Made by a program: the position numbers and the translations under genes. The notes beneath the pieces were generated by a model, which was not told the origin of the DNA, did no database searches, and saw nothing but the letters and a program-made list of their open reading frames with translations. 64,000 nucleotides of DNA from a virus: IMG/VR virus record IMGVR_UViG_3300043395_000996, positions 64,001 to 128,000 of that record; one strand, written 5' to 3'. Below, one piece after another: positions 45,109 to 55,138 of the stretch. How positions within the stretch are numbered: the first letter of the stretch is position 1; each line of letters opens with the position of its first letter.

Positions 45109-47631
45109 TTAGAATGAACCTCCGTCAATTGTGTTACTCATTACAAAATCAGAACCATCCCATTGTAACAAATCTCCTGCAGTTGTTGGTGCTGCTACGA
45201 AATCAATGTTACCTGCTGCGTTTCTGAATGCTGCTCTCTTCGAAGTTCCGAAACCTGGTACATTTAATGAACCTGTTACGTCTGCTACGATATCAACTGA
45301 AGAACTGAATTGGTTGTTAGTACCATCATACTTAAATGATGCAGATGTACCAGCTACTTCGAATCCAGCACCATCCGCTGTTGCGTTTGAAGTAGAACCT
45401 GATGCTAATGTGATAAGTTTATCTTCAACAACTAATTGAGCAGTGTTCAATGTAGTAGTGTTACCTTGTACTATCAAGTCACCACCTACGATTACATCAC
45501 CAGAAGTTGTTACTTTAGCGAATGTTACTTCGTCAGATGTACCAACACCTTGTATATTTCCTGTTCCTTCTAATGTAGTTAATCTACTATCAGCCGAAGC
45601 AGTGAATGAATTTAATGATGATGTAGAAGCTTGAACTGCTGCAAATTTATCATTTACAGAACCTGTGTAAGTTGCTAAAGCTGAGTTTTTAGATTCTTGT
45701 GATGCAGTAAATGCGTTCAACGATGAAGTTGATGATTGAACTGCTGCAAATTTATCATTTACTGAACCTGTGTAAGATGCTAAAGTTGAGAATTTAGAAT
45801 CAACAGATGAAGTATAAGATGCTAAAGTTGAATTTTTAGATTCTTGTGAACCAGAGAATGATTCTAAAGATGATAATCTTGTATCAATGTTTGAACCATT
45901 ACCAATTGCTGCTTCAACACTATCTAATCTACTATCAACTGAAGTAGAATAAGAAGTAAATCCTGTTACAGATGATAAAGTTACTTGAGATGAACCACTA
46001 ATTACACCATCCGCATCTAATTTAGATTTGATTGTAGTGTTAATTGAAGAAGTAAATCCTTCGATTGAACTCAATCTACCATCTTGTGCTGATTGTGCAG
46101 AAGCGATTGAACCTGTTTCAGTTTCTAATGCCGATAATCTAGCATCTTGTGCTGATTGTGCAGAAGCGATTGAACCAGTCTCACTTTCTAATGCTGATAA
46201 TCTATTATCTTGTGCCGCTTGTGCAGTATCGTTTGAAGAAGAGTATGCTTCTAATGCAGAAACTCTACTTCCAATACCAGCTGCTCCACCAACAGAAGCT
46301 TCGATTGTATCGATTCTACTTTCGTGGTCAGATGCTGATGCAAATAATTCTGCATCTTTAGCTGCTAATGAAGAACTAAATGCAGTATATCCTGTTGTAG
46401 AAGAAATTGTAATTTGAGATGAACCTGAAACTACGTTATCTCCACCTGCTACTAATACTTTAGATTCTGCACCTTTAACACCAGCTTTCCAGTAGTCATT
46501 TGTTGAATCCCAAACGATTGAACCTGTTGCTGTGTTAGGAGCGGTAGCATCTTTAACCCATAATCCACCATTTGCTGCTCCACTTCCGTTCAATTCGATG
46601 ATGTTATCACCAATTTGAATAGTTGTTGAATCAACGATAGTTTGAGTACCAGATACAGTGAAGTTACCATTAACAGTTACGTTAGAACCACTAACAGTGA
46701 TTGCAGTTTCGATGTCTGATTGGAATGTTTCCAATGTATCGATTCTACCTTCGTGGTTAGAAGCAGTTGCATATAATTCAGTTAAATCTGCATCAACTGA
46801 AGCAGTGTAAGTACCTAATGTAGAGAACTTACTATTTACTGAACCTGTATAAGTTGCTAATGCTGAATCCTTTCCTTCTTGCGATGCAGAGAAAGTATTG
46901 ATTGCTGCGATGTGTGCATCAACCGAAGCGGTGTAAGTAGCTAAAGTTGAATCTTTACCTAATTGAGATGCAGAGAATGCGTTTACAGCGGATACATGTG
47001 CATCAATTGAAGCAGTGTATGTTGCTAAAGTTGAATCTTTAGATATTTGTGATGCAGAGAAAGTATTGATTGCCGAAATATGTGCATCAACACTTGCAGT
47101 ATAAGTTGCTAATGTAGCATCTTTACCCAATTGTGAACCAGAGAATGCTTCTAAAGAAGATAATCTAGCATCTTGTGCATCATTAGTAGTATCATTGGAT
47201 GCAGTATAAGAATTTAATAAGCTTACAGAGTTACCAATAGTTCCACTACCAATAGATGAACTCAATGCGTTGATTGAAGATGCAACTGAAGCGGAGAATG
47301 GTTGAATGTTACCTACTAAATTAATAGCTTCGTTACCATCTGTTCCTAATAAATATAAGGTTGAACTACCACTTGCGTAGTAAGGAACACCTTTAACCAT
47401 GCCATTATAAGTAGAGCCAGCAAACGTATTAGGTGCATTATCACCCATCAAGAAGCGGTTTACCGCTTGTACCTGACCATTTTCGTTTGCAGCAAATACT
47501 ATTGACGAGCCATTCGTTGTTGTAAGATTGGAAGAACCTGAAGCGATTACAATTTCACCTTTTTGTAAGGATGATGTTACCGCCGATAGGGCTTCCAAAC
47601 TACCACGTCTGTGTTTAATAATTTGTGCCAT
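45109..47631 (-). CDS. Long fibre / shaft protein without an S74 domain
   Basis: MAQIIKHRRG, extensive 21- and 25-aa coiled-coil repeats; ends TIDGGSF. Confidence 0.8.
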   Translation of the reverse strand: MAQIIKHRRGSLEALSAVTSSLQKGEIVIASGSSNLTTTNGSSIVFAANENGQVQAVNRFLMGDNAPNTFAGSTYNGMVKGVPYYASGSSTLYLLGTDGNEAINLVGNIQPFSASVASSINALSSSIGSGTIGNSVSLLNSYTASNDTTNDAQDARLSSLEAFSGSQLGKDATLATYTASVDAHISAINTFSASQISKDSTLATYTASIDAHVSAVNAFSASQLGKDSTLATYTASVDAHIAAINTFSASQEGKDSALATYTGSVNSKFSTLGTYTASVDADLTELYATASNHEGRIDTLETFQSDIETAITVSGSNVTVNGNFTVSGTQTIVDSTTIQIGDNIIELNGSGAANGGLWVKDATAPNTATGSIVWDSTNDYWKAGVKGAESKVLVAGGDNVVSGSSQITISSTTGYTAFSSSLAAKDAELFASASDHESRIDTIEASVGGAAGIGSRVSALEAYSSSNDTAQAAQDNRLSALESETGSIASAQSAQDARLSALETETGSIASAQSAQDGRLSSIEGFTSSINTTIKSKLDADGVISGSSQVTLSSVTGFTSYSTSVDSRLDSVEAAIGNGSNIDTRLSSLESFSGSQESKNSTLASYTSSVDSKFSTLASYTGSVNDKFAAVQSSTSSLNAFTASQESKNSALATYTGSVNDKFAAVQASTSSLNSFTASADSRLTTLEGTGNIQGVGTSDEVTFAKVTTSGDVIVGGDLIVQGNTTTLNTAQLVVEDKLITLASGSTSNATADGAGFEVAGTSASFKYDGTNNQFSSSVDIVADVTGSLNVPGFGTSKRAAFRNAAGNIDFVAAPTTAGDLLQWDGSDFVMSNTIDGGSF
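46081..46200 (+). repeat. 63-nt tandem repeat (SIASAQSAQDARLSALETETG unit)
   Basis: atcttgtgctgattgtgcagaagcgattgaacc occurs at 46081 and 46144. Confidence 0.85.
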
Positions 47632-47800
47632 ATTAATTGAATTAATTAATTGTTTTCGTTAAATAAAAATAATTTTTGATTTTCATTAAGTGAAATTCAG
47701 TAAAGTATAATTGATAGAAACCAATACTAACCTTCAACTAAATGTTTGATACTGATAAATATTAAAAAATGATAAGAATCATAACTTTCATTAAGAAAAA

Positions 47801-48430
47801 TTAAAATTCTCCCATATCAATATTAATATTCGATTGAGAAACATATACTTCGTTATCGGTTGCATATGTTAAATCAAGAGATGCAGTAAACATATTCAAT
47901 GATTCCGAATGTTGGTTCAATGGAATCAATATGTCTGCTATTTGTTCAGAGCCAGATACAATCGATGGTTTATCGGAAATACCATCAAACGAAATTTGGA
48001 TTGAGCTGGATACTAAAGTAGGTTTACCCACAACCCCATCGAATGAAATTTGTTGTGAGCCGGATACCAATGCAGGTTTGTTAGAAACTCCATCAAATGA
48101 AATTTGTTGTGAAGCTGAAACCAATGTCGGTAATCCTATAATATTTTCATAATTTACAGAAGTTGCGGCAATATCTCCAATTACTCTTGAGCCCGATATT
48201 TGACCCGATGTATCTGCCAGTACTATTTGAGCCGAAGATGATACAACTCCATCTGGCAAAACAGCCGCAACATTATTTGTAATAATTTGAACAATAGATG
48301 CGGAAAATGTAGTTTGTATCGATTGAGATACAATATCATTTACAGATGAACTAAAATCAGCACCTACATTTGCGGCTGTATTTAATTCCGAACCACTTTC
48401 TATTTGTTTTAATCTAATCAAATTTGCCAT
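47801..48430 (-). CDS. Fibre-associated protein with tandem VSxSxQISFDGxxxKP repeats
   Basis: The repeats are visible in the translation; ends IDMGEF. Confidence 0.7.
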   Translation of the reverse strand: MANLIRLKQIESGSELNTAANVGADFSSSVNDIVSQSIQTTFSASIVQIITNNVAAVLPDGVVSSSAQIVLADTSGQISGSRVIGDIAATSVNYENIIGLPTLVSASQQISFDGVSNKPALVSGSQQISFDGVVGKPTLVSSSIQISFDGISDKPSIVSGSEQIADILIPLNQHSESLNMFTASLDLTYATDNEVYVSQSNINIDMGEF

Positions 48431-48445
48431 TATCTATAAATATTA

Positions 48446-51385
48446 TTAATGTAATCTTTCTATCGTAATAAAGTTATTATTATATCCCGGTCCCACCATC
48501 AATGTCATTCTCCAAAATCTTAAATTGGTTGTATCTCTTATATAATATACTGCCAAATCACCATCACCAGTGAATCCCCAAGATTGGCCACCTGGATATC
48601 CAAATGTCGTACTCATCGTAAATGATTTATCGGAATAATATGTGTAAGAACCATTATTATATGTTGTATGTGCCGAAGCCATTGCTGTAAAATTGGCTCC
48701 CGTTGTTCTTACTTCTAAACTTCTACCACCACTTGTTGTAAATCTAGCTTGTATATCATCCAATGTAATTGATACTCCTGCATTTACAAACCCACTTGCT
48801 TTCCACGCCAATTCACCACCTACTCCCGTTGGTGCTTTACTTAAATCTATGTAAACGCCTTTGGTATTACCATCAAAAATTCTTAATCTATCTCTATAAA
48901 CATCGGCAACTACACGAGTTGATAATGTTGTATTTGTTTGTGGAACACCGAATTCTATCTCACCACCTTCATCACCTCCAACTGTACCAAATCTAGTTAC
49001 CCCATTGAATGTATTTGTTCCTGTAAATGTATTGTTTAAAGAAGGAAGATTTGTATTTGTTTTTAATTCTACCGCTGTTAAAACTGGACCCGCTGCTTCT
49101 CCGTATTGAAAATTACCACCACTATTGGTTACCATTCTCATTGAATAGGTATAAGTTCCGGCAGCCGGTGTATCTATAACATTTAAACAATATGGTATGT
49201 TTTCGTTTTGTGCCGATGATTCAACTTGAATAATTTGACCAATTGCACTACTATCTCTATATATTTGTATTTGACACCATTGACCTGTTGATGATACTGG
49301 GTTTGCATCACCTGTAATCATAATTTGAACAGGATTTCCAGATGTTGTTATGCTTCCACTTATTATATTAGTATTAGTTGTACTCAATGTTTTTGATGCA
49401 CCTAATACTTGCACATAATTTACATTACCTTCTATGTTTAAAGAATTGAATGTTTCAGTTACTACTATTGTACAATAATCACTTATATCAGAACTGGCAT
49501 TGTGTCCTACACTATATGTATGCATTCCGATTTCAGTTGAACCCACATAATACAATGTTGGCATTACAAGATGTTGATTTGCAGCATTGAAGTAAAAACT
49601 ACCACTATCTACAATAATACCATCTCTATAAAGATATAATGTTTTAGTTGAATTGTTTGTTGATGAATATAATGTGAAATTAGCTTCTACTTTTACAGTC
49701 CCACCATTTCCGGTATATGAACCACTCCACGCAGTTGCAGATGTATAAGAAGCATTATCTAATATTTTTGTTGCACTATTTGCTAATACACTCAATGATG
49801 AACTGAATGCTTCTATATTATCTAATCTACTATCAACCGATTGTGAGAATGAAGTTAAAACACTACCGCTCAATGCATATCTGCTATCATATGATGCAGT
49901 TAATTGTGATGAACCACTAACAATACTTCTACCAGTTTTTTCAAATGATGAAGAAGCAATTGTAGTCGCTTGGTTATTTGTATTACCTACCCACAAATAT
50001 CCCGTTTGTAAATTAGGTAGAGTTGCAGGACCTGGATTTAATACCAAACCTTTACCACCATTTCCTTCTTTTACAATAACACCTAAAAATTGTTTTATTG
50101 AATTTGAACCCGATGGTGGATTTATACTCCAACCACCACCTTCTGCTACATATACTTGTTGGCCAGGTTGGTATCCGGTTAAATTAATTCCGCTAATATC
50201 TCCTAATAAAATTCCAACTCCCGTATTATTTGAATTTATGTTTGCACCAGCTATATAAGTAACTGGCATTTTGTTTGAGTCGGAGGCATCCGCAACATAA
50301 ACTTTTGGATTAGCTCCTTGTGAACCACTTACATATAAAGGTGTTCCTTTTTGAATTGTAAATGTTTCACCATTATATATAATATCATTTATTAGAGAAA
50401 CGGAACCAGATGATACGGCATTAATTCTAGTGTCAAAAGATGAACTATCGGTATTATATGATTGTGTAAATGAATTAAATGATGAAGTTGTTACTAAATA
50501 TGATAAACTTTGTTCGTTAGTTGCTGCAACTATTTCGGTATGAATCGATGCTGAAAATTCATTAAATGAGGATGTTTGCAATCTTCCGTTCATTCCGTTT
50601 GTAAATGCAACATTTAAAGCTGATTGCGATGAAGTAAATGAATTTAATTGAGTTAAATCTGTTGATTCTGAAACTATACCCGTTGGTATATTTGTTAAAT
50701 CATCGTAGGAAATGCTACCACTTAAAATTCCTCTACCAGTCGTTTCATAACTTCCACTAACAAATCCCAAATCGGTAATTTGAGTAGAAGAACTTATTGT
50801 GTTTGGTGAAACAACAACACTACCACTCAAAGTATATCTTTCATCATAAGAAGAAGTTAATTGCTCCGAACCACTTATTAATCCATTAAATGATTGCTCA
50901 TTCGTTGCTGCAATAATTCTTGCATCAAATGATGCAGAATCCGTATTATATGTTGTAGTTTGTAATCTTGCACTAATAGCATTTGTAAATGCCGTATTTA
51001 ATGTATTTTGAGAAGATGTAAATGAATTTAAATGCGATAAATCCGTAGATTGCGAAATCAATCCATTTGGTTTACCACTTATATTATCCCAAGTAGTTTG
51101 GGTTAATGAACCACTAATTACATATCTTTCGTCATAAGAAGAAGTTAATTGAGAGCTACCACTAATAGCCCCATTCAAAGATGTTAAATAAGAACCGGTT
51201 GCAGCTTCTAATGCGTTTAGACGTTGAATATCCAATGTGTTAATAGTATTTCTAACACCATCCGCAAGAACATCCAAAGTTATTCTTACAGTTTGCCCAT
51301 TATCAACACCGGCTACATATGTATTTAATGATGCGGATGTGATTGCATCTAATTCTGATATTTTTTTATAATGTCTTATTGCCAT
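48446..51385 (-). CDS. Large tail fibre / receptor-binding-like protein
   Basis: KKISEL N-terminus, repeated SGSSQLTSSYD units and beta-rich C-terminal domains. Confidence 0.7.
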   Translation of the reverse strand: MAIRHYKKISELDAITSASLNTYVAGVDNGQTVRITLDVLADGVRNTINTLDIQRLNALEAATGSYLTSLNGAISGSSQLTSSYDERYVISGSLTQTTWDNISGKPNGLISQSTDLSHLNSFTSSQNTLNTAFTNAISARLQTTTYNTDSASFDARIIAATNEQSFNGLISGSEQLTSSYDERYTLSGSVVVSPNTISSSTQITDLGFVSGSYETTGRGILSGSISYDDLTNIPTGIVSESTDLTQLNSFTSSQSALNVAFTNGMNGRLQTSSFNEFSASIHTEIVAATNEQSLSYLVTTSSFNSFTQSYNTDSSSFDTRINAVSSGSVSLINDIIYNGETFTIQKGTPLYVSGSQGANPKVYVADASDSNKMPVTYIAGANINSNNTGVGILLGDISGINLTGYQPGQQVYVAEGGGWSINPPSGSNSIKQFLGVIVKEGNGGKGLVLNPGPATLPNLQTGYLWVGNTNNQATTIASSSFEKTGRSIVSGSSQLTASYDSRYALSGSVLTSFSQSVDSRLDNIEAFSSSLSVLANSATKILDNASYTSATAWSGSYTGNGGTVKVEANFTLYSSTNNSTKTLYLYRDGIIVDSGSFYFNAANQHLVMPTLYYVGSTEIGMHTYSVGHNASSDISDYCTIVVTETFNSLNIEGNVNYVQVLGASKTLSTTNTNIISGSITTSGNPVQIMITGDANPVSSTGQWCQIQIYRDSSAIGQIIQVESSAQNENIPYCLNVIDTPAAGTYTYSMRMVTNSGGNFQYGEAAGPVLTAVELKTNTNLPSLNNTFTGTNTFNGVTRFGTVGGDEGGEIEFGVPQTNTTLSTRVVADVYRDRLRIFDGNTKGVYIDLSKAPTGVGGELAWKASGFVNAGVSITLDDIQARFTTSGGRSLEVRTTGANFTAMASAHTTYNNGSYTYYSDKSFTMSTTFGYPGGQSWGFTGDGDLAVYYIRDTTNLRFWRMTLMVGPGYNNNFITIERLH

Positions 51386-51386
51386 C

Positions 51387-51938
51387 TTATACTATTATTT
51401 CTTCTCCGTTTTCGGTTATTATATCTAATACGTTTTCCGTATCTAAATTTAAATATCTTAATTTACCTATAACATAAATATCATCTATTGTAACATTATC
51501 GTAATCTATGTACTCATCAAATAAAGTTACAATCACATTATTTCCAATATCTTCAACTTTATAGTTTCCAGGTATATGTAATCCAAATACTAAAACTTCG
51601 AAATTATTTGGAGATGCTCCTTCCGTACCATAATCAGTATTTAAATTGTATATTGTTAATGTATTTGCTTCGTTATCAAATTCATCAACTTTTACTTTAA
51701 TATACATTGCACTATGTTCCAATATTTCCTGATGAAATGCTGATATTGTGTTTTTGTTATTTACAGTCTTTATTGGATATGGATTTGATTTTGTTGCAGA
51801 ATTAAATTTAGTATTTGTTGGAATTTCTATATTACTTAAACTACCCGTTAAATCCAAATTGACAAGATTTTCTGGATTCACTTTAGCAGGAATCACTCTA
51901 TTTAATTTTCTTGCATTTGAATTAAATTGTTTAAGCAT
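51387..51938 (-). CDS. Hypothetical structural-region protein
   Basis: Coupled ORF between the tail terminator and fibre genes. Confidence 0.6.
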   Translation of the reverse strand: MLKQFNSNARKLNRVIPAKVNPENLVNLDLTGSLSNIEIPTNTKFNSATKSNPYPIKTVNNKNTISAFHQEILEHSAMYIKVKVDEFDNEANTLTIYNLNTDYGTEGASPNNFEVLVFGLHIPGNYKVEDIGNNVIVTLFDEYIDYDNVTIDDIYVIGKLRYLNLDTENVLDIITENGEEIIV

Positions 51939-52260
51939 ATTTTTCTATATCTCCAACCATTTCAATATAATCGAATTCATCCAATTCGAATTCAAAATGT
52001 GATTTTATAAATTTAACAATCAATCCGTTAGAACCCATTTCTATAATATAATCTTTTGCACTTATTGATTGAGTGTTTATTAATATTTTAACTCTATCTT
52101 GTATTTCTCTATATTCAATTTCTCTCAAAATATCATTGAATTTCCATCCTTTAGCTTCCCAAATTGAATGATTGGAATCATTTAAATTTTTGGAAACTAA
52201 TTGTACTTTTTTTGGACTTCTACTTATTTTTTGAGTGATATCTAATAAGGTTCTTTTCAT
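51931..52260 (-). CDS. Hypothetical structural-region protein
   Basis: Coupled ORF. Confidence 0.6.
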   Translation of the reverse strand: MKRTLLDITQKISRSPKKVQLVSKNLNDSNHSIWEAKGWKFNDILREIEYREIQDRVKILINTQSISAKDYIIEMGSNGLIVKFIKSHFEFELDEFDYIEMVGDIEKYA

Positions 52261-53363
52261 TATAAATCTATAAATTTACCAGTTATCGAAATTTCATCAG
52301 TTGGAGTTACATTAAATCCTAAATTAGCGGTAATAAAATTTATACCCAAAGAATTTGATGCCATTGTTACATTAAAATGCGTTGTATGATAATAACGTAC
52401 ACCATTTATGTAAACTCTAATATCATATGTTGTATCGGAAAGTACAATTCCACCCGTTACAATTGACATTAATGATGTTGGTGTTTTTATAGGTTTAATA
52501 TTTGAAAATGTTATTGTGTTATTAATTGTAGGATTTTGTATCTTACTATTATTCAAAGATAAGAAATCTATCAAATCTTTATTATCGTAATATGGAGAAG
52601 TTGTTGTTAAAAATCCTTCCAATCTACCATTTGCTGTCATATCGGTTTCGGTGGTAACTACAACTTTTCTAGTGCTTATAGATTTTTTTGTAGTAGATTC
52701 TCCATCGAATTTTTCTGGCAATAAATAAGCATTTACATTTAATGAAAATTCCACTCTATTAATTCTATTAGTTCCTTCTCCTACTTCGTTTACTACATTG
52801 TAATCCGTTACTAAAGTTCTAAACTTAAATTTATCTTTTGAACCCCAATATTGCGATGTGAAATTTAATGCTTCAATTACTGCATTTAATTGTTCTGTAT
52901 AATCTGTCCAAACCATACATTCATATGATATTTGAACATATTCCGGCATCATAATATTATATAATTCCAATTTTGGTTTTGTAGCTCCACCAAATGCTGT
53001 AAATCTATCATATCTATTATCTTTTGAATACTTTGTTACTGTTGGATACGAAACATGTCTATTCAACATAGGCATAGTATCATCCTTTGCAATAGATGTT
53101 CTACGAATCATCATTAAAGGTAATTGAATTTTACCTTTTGCATCTCTAAAAACGCCATCTCTTCTGGCTCCTTTCCATCTTTCGGAATTACCATATATAA
53201 CCGGAATACTAACGGATTTACCATTATAATCTAATTTTGGTAAAACAGTTTCTTCCAAATATGTCATCATAGCATAATCTACATCAAAAAGAGATACACT
53301 CTTTTTAACATCCCCATCATTTGACTTTATTTGGGTGGCTCTATTTATTTTATTTGATGCCAT
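52260..53363 (-). CDS. Tail terminator / sheath stabiliser (T4 gp15-like)
   Basis: IPVIYGNSERW...QLPLM...MPEYVQISYE; follows the neck genes. Confidence 0.7.
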   Translation of the reverse strand: MASNKINRATQIKSNDGDVKKSVSLFDVDYAMMTYLEETVLPKLDYNGKSVSIPVIYGNSERWKGARRDGVFRDAKGKIQLPLMMIRRTSIAKDDTMPMLNRHVSYPTVTKYSKDNRYDRFTAFGGATKPKLELYNIMMPEYVQISYECMVWTDYTEQLNAVIEALNFTSQYWGSKDKFKFRTLVTDYNVVNEVGEGTNRINRVEFSLNVNAYLLPEKFDGESTTKKSISTRKVVVTTETDMTANGRLEGFLTTTSPYYDNKDLIDFLSLNNSKIQNPTINNTITFSNIKPIKTPTSLMSIVTGGIVLSDTTYDIRVYINGVRYYHTTHFNVTMASNSLGINFITANLGFNVTPTDEISITGKFIDL

Positions 53364-53365
53364 AA

Positions 53366-53833
53366 TTAATCTATTCTTTCTTCAATATTTAATTGTGATT
53401 TTGGGACCATAAATGTAGAACATACGATACTCCAAGTTTTTTCAGAATTAGCGCCCGGCATACCACCTACAAATTGAACTTCATTTGTATTATCAATTTC
53501 ATAGTATGATTCATCAAAGTGTATTACATCACCAATTTCGGGATAAATACCTCTTTCTCTACACAATTCTCTATCAAATTTAAATTCTATGTTTTGATTA
53601 GTATCTGCACCAAATCCTTCGTAGTTTACACTTTCAGGCTCTTTATCAATTAATACATACAATTCAACACCGGGATACCAAGTTTTATTTAAAGATTCTC
53701 CATATATGTTTACTTTTGTTTCATTTACATTTATTTTAAACAAAACGCAAGTATTTTGGATGACTGTATCAACCAATTCTCTGGCAAAACTTCTAAATAA
53801 ATCTATATCTCTACCTACTAAAAACTTTGGCAT
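53366..53833 (-). CDS. Head closure / neck protein (T4 gp14-like)
   Basis: NIYGE...YEGFG...PEIGDVI...YYEI; follows the gp13-like gene. Confidence 0.7.
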   Translation of the reverse strand: MPKFLVGRDIDLFRSFARELVDTVIQNTCVLFKINVNETKVNIYGESLNKTWYPGVELYVLIDKEPESVNYEGFGADTNQNIEFKFDRELCRERGIYPEIGDVIHFDESYYEIDNTNEVQFVGGMPGANSEKTWSIVCSTFMVPKSQLNIEERID

Positions 53834-53834
53834 A

Positions 53835-55025
53835 TTATCCTACATATATTTTTAAAGGAACTTTTCTTAACATTTCTTGGTGGTGAGTTGATTCGTGTGC
53901 TTGCTTTTCAAACACATTTTTTCTACTCATTTCTTCCAAATTTTCTCTCAATTGAGTTACCAACGCATCTTTTTCAACCTGTGCTTCTGCTCTCAATGCT
54001 GCACCATCCAATGATACTTCGCCATCTGGAATTGGAACTGAATTATATTTTTCTCTAATTGCTCCCAATAATTCTTTTGAAAGAGCCAATGTATATTTTC
54101 TAATCCATTGTTTTCCAACTTCATTTATGTTAGAATATTGGATAAAATTATATGGAATATCGGAATAGTCTGAAAGAGAATCAGGTTGAATAGTTTGAGA
54201 ATCATGCTCAAACTCATCTCTACTCATATATTCAAAATATATTTTTTGAGCAGTTCTAGCGGTTGGTATTGGGAATATTTCTAATTTGTTATTTACAATA
54301 CCAAAACTATATTGAGATTTACGGATGTTATCATTGAATTCAATTTCTTGCATTCTTAATACATCTTCGTAAATTGGCATTAATAAAAATTGTGCAGCCG
54401 GAGAATATGAACCAAATCCCATTTCATCTAGTAAATTCAATGTACCCTGTCCACCAACGGAATACGGGTCAAAGAAACGTTGAATTGCAGGAGTTGCTTC
54501 ATAAAATACCTTTGTTACATCAATTCGAGAACCGCTTGTAAATATATCTGTAAATGATGCAGATGTTTCTACATCAATTGCTTCAGTTAATAAATCATAT
54601 CTTTGTCTACCTATTTCAACATCTATGTATGCTTTCTTTATATCAACATTACCACCAACACCCGCTTGTGTTCCATATTGTTGAGCCATACGAATAGCCG
54701 TAGGTAAGAACGAACCATCTACCAATGTTTGTGAAAAGTTTTGATTTGCACCTTTACGTTGGCCTCTTAAAACATCAACGTTGTTACGAAGATTGAATTG
54801 ATTTACCTGTGCAGAATATTCAGATGTTGCTTCTTCGAAACAAGCCCAAATTTGTTCATTATCCAATTCTACGTTTACAATAGGGTATCCCAATCTTTTT
54901 GCTACCCAAACTGATGTTTTTGGTGCATCGGCTGTAAATTGAGAATCCGCATCATAAATACCAAATGGCGTAGATGAACCCGAAACGAAAGTACCTGAAC
55001 CTGACCAATATGTGTTTACGGACAT
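53835..55025 (-). CDS. Neck protein / adaptor (T4 gp13-like)
   Basis: LGYPIVNVELD..QI...WIRKYTLALSKELLG.IR.KY...VSLDG. Confidence 0.8.
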   Translation of the reverse strand: MSVNTYWSGSGTFVSGSSTPFGIYDADSQFTADAPKTSVWVAKRLGYPIVNVELDNEQIWACFEEATSEYSAQVNQFNLRNNVDVLRGQRKGANQNFSQTLVDGSFLPTAIRMAQQYGTQAGVGGNVDIKKAYIDVEIGRQRYDLLTEAIDVETSASFTDIFTSGSRIDVTKVFYEATPAIQRFFDPYSVGGQGTLNLLDEMGFGSYSPAAQFLLMPIYEDVLRMQEIEFNDNIRKSQYSFGIVNNKLEIFPIPTARTAQKIYFEYMSRDEFEHDSQTIQPDSLSDYSDIPYNFIQYSNINEVGKQWIRKYTLALSKELLGAIREKYNSVPIPDGEVSLDGAALRAEAQVEKDALVTQLRENLEEMSRKNVFEKQAHESTHHQEMLRKVPLKIYVG

Positions 55026-55066
55026 AATACGATTTTTATAAGTTTATTTACTATAAATATAAAAAT

Positions 55067-55099
55067 AAAAAAAGAGTGGATATTTCTACCCACTCTTTT
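55067..55099 (-). terminator. Rho-independent terminator after the major capsid gene
   Basis: Sense AAAAGAGTGG-GTAGAAATAT-CCACTCTTTT followed by a T-run. Confidence 0.9.
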
Positions 55100-55138
55100 A
55101 TTTTATAAAGTTTATTAACCTTATCTTTTACTCAAAGA

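Noticed and set aside
39404-47150. CRISPR-like array
   Set aside because: The repeats are in-frame coding duplications with no unique spacers.
37637-47631. Diversity-generating retroelement, suggested by Mtd-like fibre N-termini
   Set aside because: No reverse transcriptase and no TR/VR pair differing at adenines is visible; the repeats are simple in-frame tandem units.
47632-47800. Structured RNA in the 170-nt intergenic gap
   Set aside because: Only short, AT-rich, imperfect stems were found, which cannot be told from chance without homologs.
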